Shown: piece after piece, positions 1 to 10,317 of the stretch | Position numbering within the stretch: position 1 is the first letter of the stretch | Layout of the letters: the number at the start of each line of letters is the position of its first letter | Made by a program: the position numbers and the translations under genes | Assembly (NCBI GenBank): GCA_002633005.1 | Contig: NMRA01000127.1 | Span: 566,438-630,437 of the forward strand | From: Phoronis australis | Taxonomy: Eukaryota > Animalia > Phoronida | DNA: 64,000 nucleotides | Reading direction: 5' to 3' | Notes under the pieces: generated by a model | Seen by the model: the letters and a program-made list of their open reading frames with translations, nothing else | Databases searched by the model: none | Told to the model about the DNA's origin: nothing

Positions 1-1989
1 CCTAACATGACGTTATGAACAGCATTACAGCATGTAATGCAAAATTAATACTCTGTTTATTTCCTTTTGTTTAACCATGGAGCTTTACGCCTCCATTATG
101 GGGCCGAGCATCGGTCAATTCCTAGATGAAAAAATATTAAAAAGTACTGCTCAATTCCCGTCATCAGGACCAAGAATTCCCCTTCAAAACCAATGGTTAA
201 AAGAAATTTCTCAAGATTTGAATCATTTCTGCAAAATCTTAGTTTTGGATCCTGGTAGCGATGGGGGATGGGAAATTTTCCCCTCAGCCAAATCTACCCT
301 CTCAGAAGGCACAGGGTTGTTAGCACTGAGCAAGAACAATGTTTGGGGTGAATATTATTGACTGTTTGTTTGTTTTTTATTTCATGACCTGCGTCAATAT
401 TTATCTTTTATGATTAACAGAGCAAACAATGTCTCATAAACACATGATGAACATGCAGCTAATAAAGCCAGATGACATAATGGATTAAATGAAATGAAGA
501 ATGGTTAAATTGAAAACATTAACCACATGACTTAGTAGTGAGGTAGAGTCAGATGATGATATAGACATACCTTTCAGGCTAAATGTAGGACCAGCCTCTG
601 TGCATACAAGCAAATATTAACAAAAGTGTATAATATAGCTCAAGAAGAGTATTTATTTTTTGAAATCAGAAAGTTTGTAGAATTTTGTCGTTGTGGTAGA
701 CATCCCATGTCGCCACGATGTCGCCACGCCACATCCAAACACGTACCCAAAATGCTACAGGAAGCAAACAGGAATTGAACGTCAAAAATCACAGTGGCCC
801 AATCATATCTGTCTGTCGCAAATTGGACACCGGGACACTCCTAATTTCTGCTCAAGCAAAAACCAAACAAAAACACCATTCAGCAGGTATTTGCGACTCC
901 TGCCAATGAGATTTGGCAACCACAATTACTGCTTGGCAGCCAGGGAATTTTACCAGGTAAAATTTGGGGAGTTAACGTTAGACTAAGCATTGAGCCATGA
1001 ACCAGAATGTCACCTTACCCGTAACAAATATCCTATTTAAGCATAACAATCCAGCAAATCCCATGCTCACATATAGCAAAACAATTTTATGGAATAAAGT
1101 AGTCACACTGCTTTGCACATTAATGCACCATCGCTGTTTGGTACCAAAACACTTCAACGTACCCATTTACAATGCCTTTGGGAGCAGCAACCTTCCAACT
1201 CTTGCAGACTCGAACATCAGACTGAATCAGCACTTGATACCAAAACAGAATTCCAATAAACCAAGCATGTAACAATGTTATTGATCCGAATGGACAAATG
1301 TTCAATTTTCCAGAATCTGAAGCCAGTGACTGACTGTACTTTATCAAAAACATTCAATCTAGTCTCACGCAATTCAATAGTTTGCGTCCAGGGGCTTGAT
1401 TCACTACTGAATGGATTCCTGGCAGTCACAAAGTCGCAAAAGATACACTGTCAATAATTTATGGACTTCAGATTTCATGAATATTCTGGATGGATGAATA
1501 CAAGATTTGGTTAAACACACAAGAGTGTTGCCTGGGGAGCTCTACTCTCACGAACAGTGTGTTATATTTGCCGATAATCCAAAGATGAATATGCACTCGC
1601 GGGGGAGATCCAGAATCAAAGACCATCACCAATGAAAGTAAAAAATATAACTTTAAGATTAAATAAACAGACCTGGCCACTGGTGGAGAAATTCAAGGAA
1701 ACTAGGATACAAAATGAACCACAAAATTAAAATTTTACAGATAAAAAGCGCATTTAACCTGACTAAAACGAAATTCGAATAAGGCCTTTTACTGTCTGTT
1801 TCATAACATTCTTTACTAATATAAGATCTTATTTCGATGCATGTGCCATGTTTTGTTGGCAATGGAAAGAGAATCCTATTGTGGTAAGGAATATTTTGAG
1901 ACAGATTTGATGTGAAAAAGTACTTATTTGAATTTCATTTTTAGCCAGATAAACAGGGTGAAATGCAATTTTAAATATGTTAAAATCAA

Positions 1990-4900
1990 AGAGCAACACA
2001 GAGCGTTGAAATGCCCCATGACTGCACCGCAAACGGGGTGTGCTTTTAGGGGTGTTTAATTGTATCATAAAAATCATTATTAGATGGCGCAGAATGCATT
2101 GAACCCATCCAAAAATGGGAAGGAGTTGTCATTTTTCAAAACTACTCGCCAAATTTCATGAAAGTCCATCAAAGAACTCCAGTGATATAAGGTCAAACGT
2201 AAAAACAAAATATCATTAGGAACCACAGCGGTAGTCAAATCTCTCCATCTGCTGTCAAGTTACTAGTAATAGGAACACAATGGCACAATTTCAAAAACAT
2301 CTTGCAAGGCGTTTAGGAGAAACAGCCGTAGATGCAAAAAAGTTTCAAAGACATAGAGGAAAACAAAAAAATACAAGTGCCTGGGTGGAAACAGTAGCAG
2401 TCAGATCCATCCAAATGTCGTCGTCCGTGGTCAACTTCAACTGCAAACAAGAGCAACTCGGAGCGTTGAAATAAGCCCACGAATGCATTGCAAATGGTGT
2501 GCTTTTAGGGTTGTATATTTGTATCATAAAAATAGAAACTAGATGGCGCAAAAACATACAATCCCTCCAAAAACAGGAACATGCCATATTTCATAAAAAT
2601 CTGTCAAGGAACTTCAGAGAAACAAAGGAAAACAGAATAAAATGAAATTGCCACTAGTGGGCACAGTGTCCATTGGATCCGCCTGAAAGTAGTCGCCGTC
2701 TGTTGTTAACTTCAGATAAATACATTTACTAAATTTAGTAAAGATCCTGCAGTGGGTTTAAGAGATACAACTATGGGCGCAAAACAAAACTTACACTAGG
2801 AGGTGCCACAGTAATCAGTCACCATCATCAATTCAAAGGTAGTCTTCACACTTAGAACATATACCGTATTCGCTGTAATAACCGCCCAGGGTGCTTAGAA
2901 TAGTTCTTTTCAGGGGGGCCCTTATTATAACCAAAGGCTGTTGAAACCCGGTCTCGGAAACGGGTGAAATCGGAAGCAAGGATTCATTATATTTACGCTC
3001 TGTGACATATCTGTAATCTATGAAAGACTTTCTACAAAACCGTGATGCATTGCTATCAAACTTTGCTGCTAAATTAAGATCATTTTACAGAAAATTGTGC
3101 TGAAATTCCAGGACGAAAACTCGCCGACTGCCTGCCTCGCAATCGTCGATATGGCGACTTGAATGCTTGAATAAAATTCGGTTTCGACTCAAGCAAATTA
3201 CCTGAAATCTTCCTTAAGTTTTCCAAGTTTGGCGTCCCTAAGATTTTTAAGATCCCGTAGAGTCGGGATCACGGCAGGTTTAAGTACAAATCTGCGCTGA
3301 TATCGTGCCATCTACATGTATGATAGGCAACATGAGAAAATGTCTGGAGGAACACATGTTGTTGTCACGTGACGTTTGTTTTGAAGTTGTCTGCGTTTGT
3401 GAGTAAGCGAGCGCGTGCGTGTCACCAGAGTTCATTTGCCAGAGCAGAGAGACCGTCTTTTGGCCAGAGCCACGCAATCTAACGAACTAGATGTGCATTG
3501 TATCTAAAGAAATTTGCACAAGCAGTAGGCCTAAACCAGAGCGTGTTTCATTCAGCACTTGCTGGTCTCATGTGCTAAAAACATTCAACATTTGTCTCGG
3601 TAAGGCCATATTAGTCGCCATGTGGCTGGATGCGTACGTGACTATCTGACGGTTATTTTTCAGTGTAAAGGTGTGTAAGTATTCACTGTCAGTGGTTATT
3701 TTATCGGATATTTGGCTTAAAAACACCAGTTATGGTTAATCAAACAATTCATTTTAAAAATAACGCGAACATTTTTTATAGTATGAGAAACTGTCGGAAA
3801 TTAGTGCCAATATTCATTTCTTGCCGATGCTATGCTACCCGTTTCATGAATGGATAGTTCCAGACTAATGCCTTTGATGACAGGTTCAAGTATGTAGCGC
3901 ACGCTTCCTGGCCACTTAGCAAAGTCTGAAAACCCGTGGGGGGCGCTTATAGGGGCATGAGCGGTTATTACGGCGAATACGGTATGCCAATTTTCAAATG
4001 ATTTGGTTGATACAGGGATGGACACCAAAAACAAGATTTGAAAACAGCAAAAGAGGCCACTAGGTGGTGCAAAATACCTCGATTCCATCCAAAAACAGGC
4101 AGATAGCATCACCAGACCAATAGGTGGCTATATTTAAAATTTTATGAAAATCTGTTGAGTACCTTTGAAGATACTAAGTTAAACGTAAAAAACTAAAATT
4201 GACACTAGGGGGCACAGCAGTAGTCAGATCTGTCTGAATGTCGTCGTCATGCGTAGTCATTATCATATAAATACACTTGCTAAATTAAGTAAAGATCCTG
4301 CGAACGGTTTAGGAGATCCAGCCATAGGCACAACAAAAACAAAACTGCCACTAGGAGGCGCCACAGTAGTCTAAATCATCGGAAAATCATTGTCAACCGT
4401 CCTCTTTATAGTATGCACAAAAAAACAGACTCGAAAACAGTAAAAATGGCCACAAGGTGGCGCAAACTACGTTGAATCCATCCGAAAACGGGAAGATGGC
4501 GTCATCTCACTAACAGGTTCCTATATACAAAATTTCATGAAAATCCGTTCAAGACTTTTTAAGATACAAAGGTAAGCATAAAAAACTAAAATTGCCACTA
4601 GGGGGCACACCGGTTGTCGGATCCGTCCGAAAGTTCGCTCATGCCGTCCCATTCATGAATGGAACATATATGCCAAATTTCATGAACGTATGTCAAAGGA
4701 TTTTGGAGATAGAGCAGCGGACGCCGGACGCCACCCGGACAGACGGAGATGACGGCATAATGCGTCCACATATAAATATGTGGCCACATAAAAATACCAC
4801 TAGAAGGTGTCACAGTAGTCATAATCGTCCGAAAATCAAAACGAAAAAAAATAGAATTGCTTGGGGGGGCGCAGTAGTAGTCAGATCCATCCAGATGTCG

Positions 4901-5450
4901 TCGTTGTCTGTTGTCAACTTCAACTGCAAAAATGTCACTTGAAGACGTCGCAGTAGTCTTAATCGTCCGAAAATCATCATCAGTCATTCTCTTCACAGTA
5001 GAAGCATAAACGCCAATTTTCAAAGTCATCCTTAGAATGGTTTGGTTGATAGATGGGCGGACGCCACAGAACAGACTCAAAAACAGTAAAAACGGCCACA
5101 AAGAACCTCGAATCCATCCAAAAATGGGAGGGTAACGTCACCTCACTAATAGATGCCTATTTAACAAATTTTATGACAATCTGGTGAGGATCTTTGAAGA
5201 CACGGAAGTAAATGTGAAAAACTAAAATTCCCACTAGGGAACACACTGGTAGTCGGATCCGTCTGAAAGTCTGCTCATGCCATCCCATCCATGAATGGAA
5301 CACGTGCAAAATTTCATGAACAGAGATCAAAAGGAGAGAGCACCAGATGCCAGGCACCTGATAGAGATGACGGTATCAATACATGGGCGCACAAAAATTG
5401 TAGTGTCAGCACAGACCAAACAGAGAAAGATGCCACCTGGCGGTAAAAAA
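1990..5450. repeat. Complex degenerate modular repeat array (possibly Helitron/Helentron-associated non-autonomous element)
   Basis: Recurring modules: gagcgttgaaat...tgtgcttttaggg...tagatggcgc (2001-2090, 2461-2550); gtagtcagatcYRtc..atgtcgtcgt (~2395, ~4220, ~4877); acagactcRaaaacagtaaaa..ggccacaa (~4425, ~5070); ccactaggNgg; aaatttcatgaa; and a ggac/gac core at ~4717-4750. The family assignment is inference. Confidence 0.7.
2864..3982. mobile_element. Non-autonomous Tc1/mariner-pogo-type TIR element (about 1.1 kb) with TA target duplication
   Basis: TIRs ccgtattcgctgtaataaccgccca and tgagcggttattacggcgaatacgg, with TA on both sides. The empty site aacatatatgccaa occurs in a sister repeat unit near 4663. 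No transposase ORF. Confidence 0.88.
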
Positions 5451-8165
5451 GAGTCACCCGAGGGAGCCTCTACAAACATAATGAAAACAGCACAATTGTA
5501 CACTTATGACTCCTCTAGTAGGGTTGAACATGAAGGGTCACAGTCACTATGTCAATCCAACATAAGAGTTGGCCTGGGAAACAGTTTCTTGGCTCTTTCA
5601 TGGCCTTGTGCAAATATCGCTGCATGCCAAGGGTAATTGTCTCTTCGCTTTCATCCAAACTAGTGCAGTCTGGTGGTGCACTCGAATGAAGAGTTGGGAA
5701 TCTTTGAGTAAAACGGGTTTGTTGGCCAAAAGCTTGTTTGAAACAGAGGTAATGGGCAAGGAATAAAGGGACAGATCCGTGTCACATAATTTGTCACTGC
5801 CAGTTTCACCTCGGAAGGAGAGATGATCAATGCAAGAGTCATCTGAACCTACTGCAACAGAGCAAAATACCTATTGTGGGGTATTGGAGGTCAGTTTCCT
5901 GTTGTGTCTTCACTTGTTTCTTATCCCACAAGGTTATTATATGTACTGGTAGGACAGGCCCAGTTGGAATTTTTCATTGAGTCTGCTACAGTTTAAAACA
6001 TTTGGAAATGCTGGAGATGCTCACTTAATATTGGCTCACCTGTTTTTTTTTTGGGGGGGGGCACTTAACCCATTTGTCGGCCAGGGAGACCAAGAGACGT
6101 GGTGGGAACTGGGTAGGGAGAACCATGGTAACAGGCGACCGAGGCCTGAGGAATTTTCTCAACATTTGCCTTTGTTCTAGAGAAATTACTCTCCCATATG
6201 TAAAAAGTACGGTTCAACCTTTGGTATACTTTATCTTCTGTCAGATAACTCACATAGGACTCCAACACATTACATTTCTCCGCTGAGGCACTAGTAGCAC
6301 CCTCAACAGGATGTCTTTGTTAGTGAGTGGGCAGTGACTCCATATGTAATCTTGGCTGCCATTATCGCTCATTTTAAAATCTGTGAAAGAATGATGTCCT
6401 TGTAGGAGGCCTTTCATTGTTGAATACCACACTGAAAAATCGAAAGCCTCGTTGAGAGACTGCGAATATATGCTGAGCCATTTGTAGGTCAATAAAACCA
6501 GGGCAAAACCTGAGTATAAAAAGTTGGCGGTCACTGTCTGAAGAGTGAGGGAATGTCAACAAAGATGAAAGATTCAGTCTGTCAGCCACTGGTGAAGGGA
6601 CTTGGCATGCTTTTGTGACTCAGAGTAAAATTGTAACTGATTCACCCCTGGCATTCCAGAAGAAATGCTGCAGCCATTTCTCATGTTGTCCACGACCGGT
6701 CTACTCAACTTTGTACTCCTCTCACCCATCAGGTTATTATGAGCACCGGGATTATCACCTCTCTCATGCCCACCTCCAGAAGTCCTTGTAGACCTTATGG
6801 GTAGGAGACGTAAAATGCTGGGATTAATACCACTGTCACCTCTCCTATTTTCAGAACTAAGACCCCAAGGAACCAAAAGTTATCCCAAAACGACTTGGAA
6901 AACTGTTCATTACATTGCAAGTATCAACAACCTGAGCTAATGTTGAAGGCAAATAATGTGTTCATGAACCTGAAGCAGGGGATAATGAATAATCCAACTT
7001 GTCAGTCATCAAGTGTGTGACGTCCTAGCAGCTATCTCGTGTGTATTCTGTTGATCGATGGGACACTGCTAACGGAAGTCAACTATTTGACAGGCTATGT
7101 CCTCGTCAGCCCTCAGCCAGGCAAACAACTCTGACTCACAACACTAGTTACAGAGACACAAAAACTTACTGCCACAGTCGAGTTCTACAGACCAGACTAT
7201 TAATAAATAAAAACTAAGAACCATGCACTAAGTGGACAAATAGGCATTCATACACAACATAATGCCTAAACTAACTCAACTACATGGCACAATAATTATG
7301 AAAAACAATAACTATAAATAAAAACAAAAGGGGAATGTCCACGCACATAGGAAAGGTAAAAACATGGGTAAATCAAGAAACCACTTGGCCACCACGCTAA
7401 TAAACCAACAACAGGATATTGCTTTTCTTTTCAACCTTTCTCAAATCGCTAAGAAACACTTTGGGACAAAAGTGGTCTACAAAGCAGTTAAGTACATCCC
7501 GCAAGAATATAACTAGTGCTGACTACACCACATGTTGTTATTACCACAGACTCACTAGTTATGTCTCATGAAGAGTACTTTCAGCAAACGGCCTATCTGT
7601 ACGGTCAATAGCCTATAAAACCGGCTTCAGCCAGTGTCGAGATTAGAGAGGCCCAATCCCAAGGCATTTCGATGTAATTGTGTTAGGGCCACTAGCAAAA
7701 CTATCTCATGAACGAATCACAGGTCAACACAGAAAAAGGACATGTGTGAATGATGTTGTCAATTACAATAAAACTTTAAGGAAGTGAAACCAATTCCGAT
7801 AATTCGTTGTGAACTGTACGCAAAATTTTCGAAGAAGAGTTGATAGAAGAATCGACAAAAAAATGAAATCAGCCAATAGGGTGAAGCTCAACTTCATGCC
7901 CCTGAAGTTATAGCCTACGGAAGTTATCACTCCACAAATTTAGCAGCAGAATAACGGTAGCACCTGTAATCTGTCTGCATTACTCAAGGAAGAGTGAGAC
8001 AGTACCACCGTCTCAACTGACCCAGTTGAGATGGTGGCCATCTCATTCCAAACATACGGCTGCTTTCCAGTGAAATATTATGCCTCACACTGATTCATTG
8101 AAACCATCTAAGTCCTGTTGCTATAACTAACATAATTAATAAGAATTTAATAAGTACCTTTTCCN

Positions 8166-8206
8166 CGCTTATAGGGGCATGGGCGGTTATTACGGCGAAT
8201 ACGGTA
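8166..8206. mobile_element. Right end of a second copy of the same TIR element, at an assembly break
   Basis: cgcttataggggcatgggcggttattacggcgaatacggta is near-identical to 3944-3984 and directly follows the N at 8165. Confidence 0.85.
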
Positions 8207-9177
8207 ATACAACTGGTCAGTCATCAAGTGTGTGACACCCTAGCAGCTATCTGGTGTGTATTCTGTTGATCGACGGGACACTACTAACAAAGTCAACTTT
8301 TTGACAGGCTACGTCCTCGTCAACCCTCAGCCAGGCAAACAGCTCTGACTCACAACACTAGTTATAGAGATACAAAAACTTACTGCCACAGTGGAGTTCT
8401 ACAGACCACACTATTTATGAATAAAAACTAACCATGCACCAAGTGAATGAATAGGCATTCATACACAACACAATGCCTAAACTAACACAACTACATGGCA
8501 CAATGATTATGAAAAACAATAACTATAAACAAAAACAAAAGGGGGAATGTCCACGCACAAAGGAAAGGTAAAAACATGGGGTAAACCAAGAAAACACTTG
8601 GCCACCACGCTAATAAACCAACAACAGGATATTGCTTTTCTTTCCAACCTCTCTCAAATCGCTAAGAAACCCTTTGGGACAAAAATGGTCTACAAAGCAG
8701 TTAAGTATATCCCGCACAAACATAACTAGTGCTGACTACGCCACATGTTGTTGTTACCACAGACTCACTAGTTATGTCTCATGAAGAGTACTTTCAGCAA
8801 ACGGCCTATCTGTACGGTCAATAGCCTATAAAAACCGGCTTCAGCCAGTGTCGAGATTAGAGAGGCCCAATCCCAAGGCATTTCGATGTAATTGTTTTAG
8901 GGCCACTAGCAAAACTATCTCATGAACGAATCACAGGTCAACACAGAAAAAGGACATGTGTGAATGATGTTGTCAATTACAATAAAACTTTAAGGAAGTA
9001 AAACCAATTCCGATAATTCGTTGTGAACTGTACGCAAAATTTTCGAAGAAGAGTTGATAGAAGAATCGACAAAAAAATGAAATCAGCCAATAGGGTGAAG
9101 CTCAACTTCATGCCCCTGAAGTTATAGCCTACGGAAGTTATCACTCCACAAATTTAGCAGCAGAATAACGGTAGCAC

Positions 9178-9255
9178 CTGTAACCTGTCTGCATTACTCA
9201 ATGAAGAGTGAGACAGTACCACCGTCTCAACTGACCCAGTTGAGATGGTGGCCAT
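9178..9255 (-). CDS. Candidate first coding segment of the minus-strand unit, MATISTGSVETVVLSHSSLSNADRLQ
   Basis: gagATGG Kozak-like context and CAG|gtgcta donor. The two differences from the duplicate copy (7964-8041) are both synonymous (TCA/TCC, AGG/AGA). Confidence 0.35.
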
Positions 9256-9739
9256 CTCATTCCAAACATAGGGCTGCTTTCCAGTGAAATATGCCTCACA
9301 CTAATTAAAACCATCTAAGTCCTGTTGCTATAACTAATATAATTAATAAGAATAATAAGTACCTTTTCCTCAAATCGACATTTTTACACTTTTGGTGCCA
9401 GGGGGCAATTGGTCATCGTTTTACCCATATCTGTCAAACGTGTATATTTATTCCTATAGTCAACAAAACTCATTACGGTCAGTGTCAACAGTACGTCACT
9501 TTGCCAGTAACTGAGTAATGATATGACATTATGACAGACAATGTCGTAATGAGTCAGGAATTGAATGCAGAAAAAAGTTTACAAAGAATAAACAAAATAT
9601 CAAGAACTACTTACCCATTACAAGTGATTATCACAGACAAATTTGTAGCTTTTGTGGCAAATTCAGCGTCTTCAGTGGCAATGTGGGCGTCGCAGTAATC
9701 GCACAAATATCGTGCTTAGCGGTTGTCTTTCTACATTCA

Positions 9740-10224
9740 CGCTCTAACCCGGAAGTAAATAGAGGAAGTGGTAAATTTTCGAGTAGAAGGATGATTTCGA
9801 ATATAAATGAGATACAAGGAAATCACACAAATTGGGATTTAAGTCGTTAAATTTTAATTTCCACAATGATATTCTTAGATGAAAAGTTATTTTTTCTCAC
9901 CAGAATCTCAACGTTTGAGCTCATATTTAAACTACCACATTGCAATAATCTAAAAATCTACCTTATTTTTCCCAAATAGGTCATTTCAGGTAACCATATC
10001 GAAAGCGAGATTCACTATTAATTTTGAATATTTTTAATGCAGCTTTCAGCAAAAAAATTAACTTCATAAAAATATAAATTTTAAGTTTATTTCAAATTTT
10101 GCGTCTTTTAGACGATTTGATAATTTTGGAGAAAGTTTTCGCTGTCAGTAGTGCGGAAATTAAACGTTTCAGACCTTACGGTGCTCCACATCACAACTTC
10201 GTCTTCAGTTAGTGTCGGGCAGTA
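9740..10224. promoter_or_regulatory. Putative bidirectional promoter between head-to-head genes
   Basis: About 0.5 kb between CpG-enriched divergent first exons. Tandem ETS/GABP-type sites CCGGAAGT (9749-9756) and AGGAAGTG (9763-9770). Confidence 0.55.
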
Positions 10225-10317
10225 ATGTCGTTTAACGTGTGTCTCACGGGCGGTGCCCCTTGGGGCTTTAGGCTCCAAGGAGGGAAAGAATTTGGCCAAC
10301 CACTTAGAATAGCCAAG
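10225..10317 (+). CDS. Coding exon 1: PDZ N-half, [31 protein letters not shown]
   Basis: ATG at 10225, 31 codons, AAG|gtagga donor (phase 0). PWGFRLxGG carboxylate-binding loop typical of PDLIM/SYNPO2/Shroom PDZ domains. Confidence 0.93.

Larger units (their letters stand above)
6990..9369. other. Probable assembly artefact: allelic overlap duplicated across a single N (6990-8164 vs 8205-9369)
   Basis: About 1.2-kb near-identical direct copies with SNPs and small indels on either side of N8165. Confidence 0.8.
76..9740 (-). pseudogene. Spliced divergent transcription unit with broken reading frames (decayed gene or lncRNA), product unknown; probably continues beyond the window start
   Basis: Minus-strand GT-AG-bounded segments: ~9740-9615 (ATGG|gtaagt), 9430-9363, 9273-9178, ~6969/6931-6070, 5851-~5500, ~1630-1019 (|gtaagg), 597-571 (27 nt, AAG|gtatgt), 325-76. 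The larger segments give protein-like stretches (ORFs 6574..6876, 6374..6589, 6065..6268) interrupted by in-frame stops and frameshifts. Confidence 0.4.

Noticed and set aside
1990-5450. CRISPR-like array, or real proteins in ORFs 4592..4942 and 4598..5101
   Set aside because: The repeats are degenerate, variable in length and lack unique equal-length spacers. The context is eukaryotic with no cas genes, and the ORFs are by-products of the repeat.
6270-6380. Stop-codon reassignment or readthrough (three TAA in one frame)
   Set aside because: The neighbouring gene is open in the standard code, and the same unit also has TGA/TAG stops and frameshifts, which fits decay.
7555-7700. Intronic H/ACA snoRNA on the minus strand (two weak hairpins, terminal ACA)
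   Set aside because: No convincing H box or pseudouridylation pockets by eye. An Infernal/snoReport search would be needed.
6990-9369. Genuine tandem duplication of the MATISTG exon
   Set aside because: The copies meet at a single N, as in two other places in the window. Allelic overlap is the simpler explanation.
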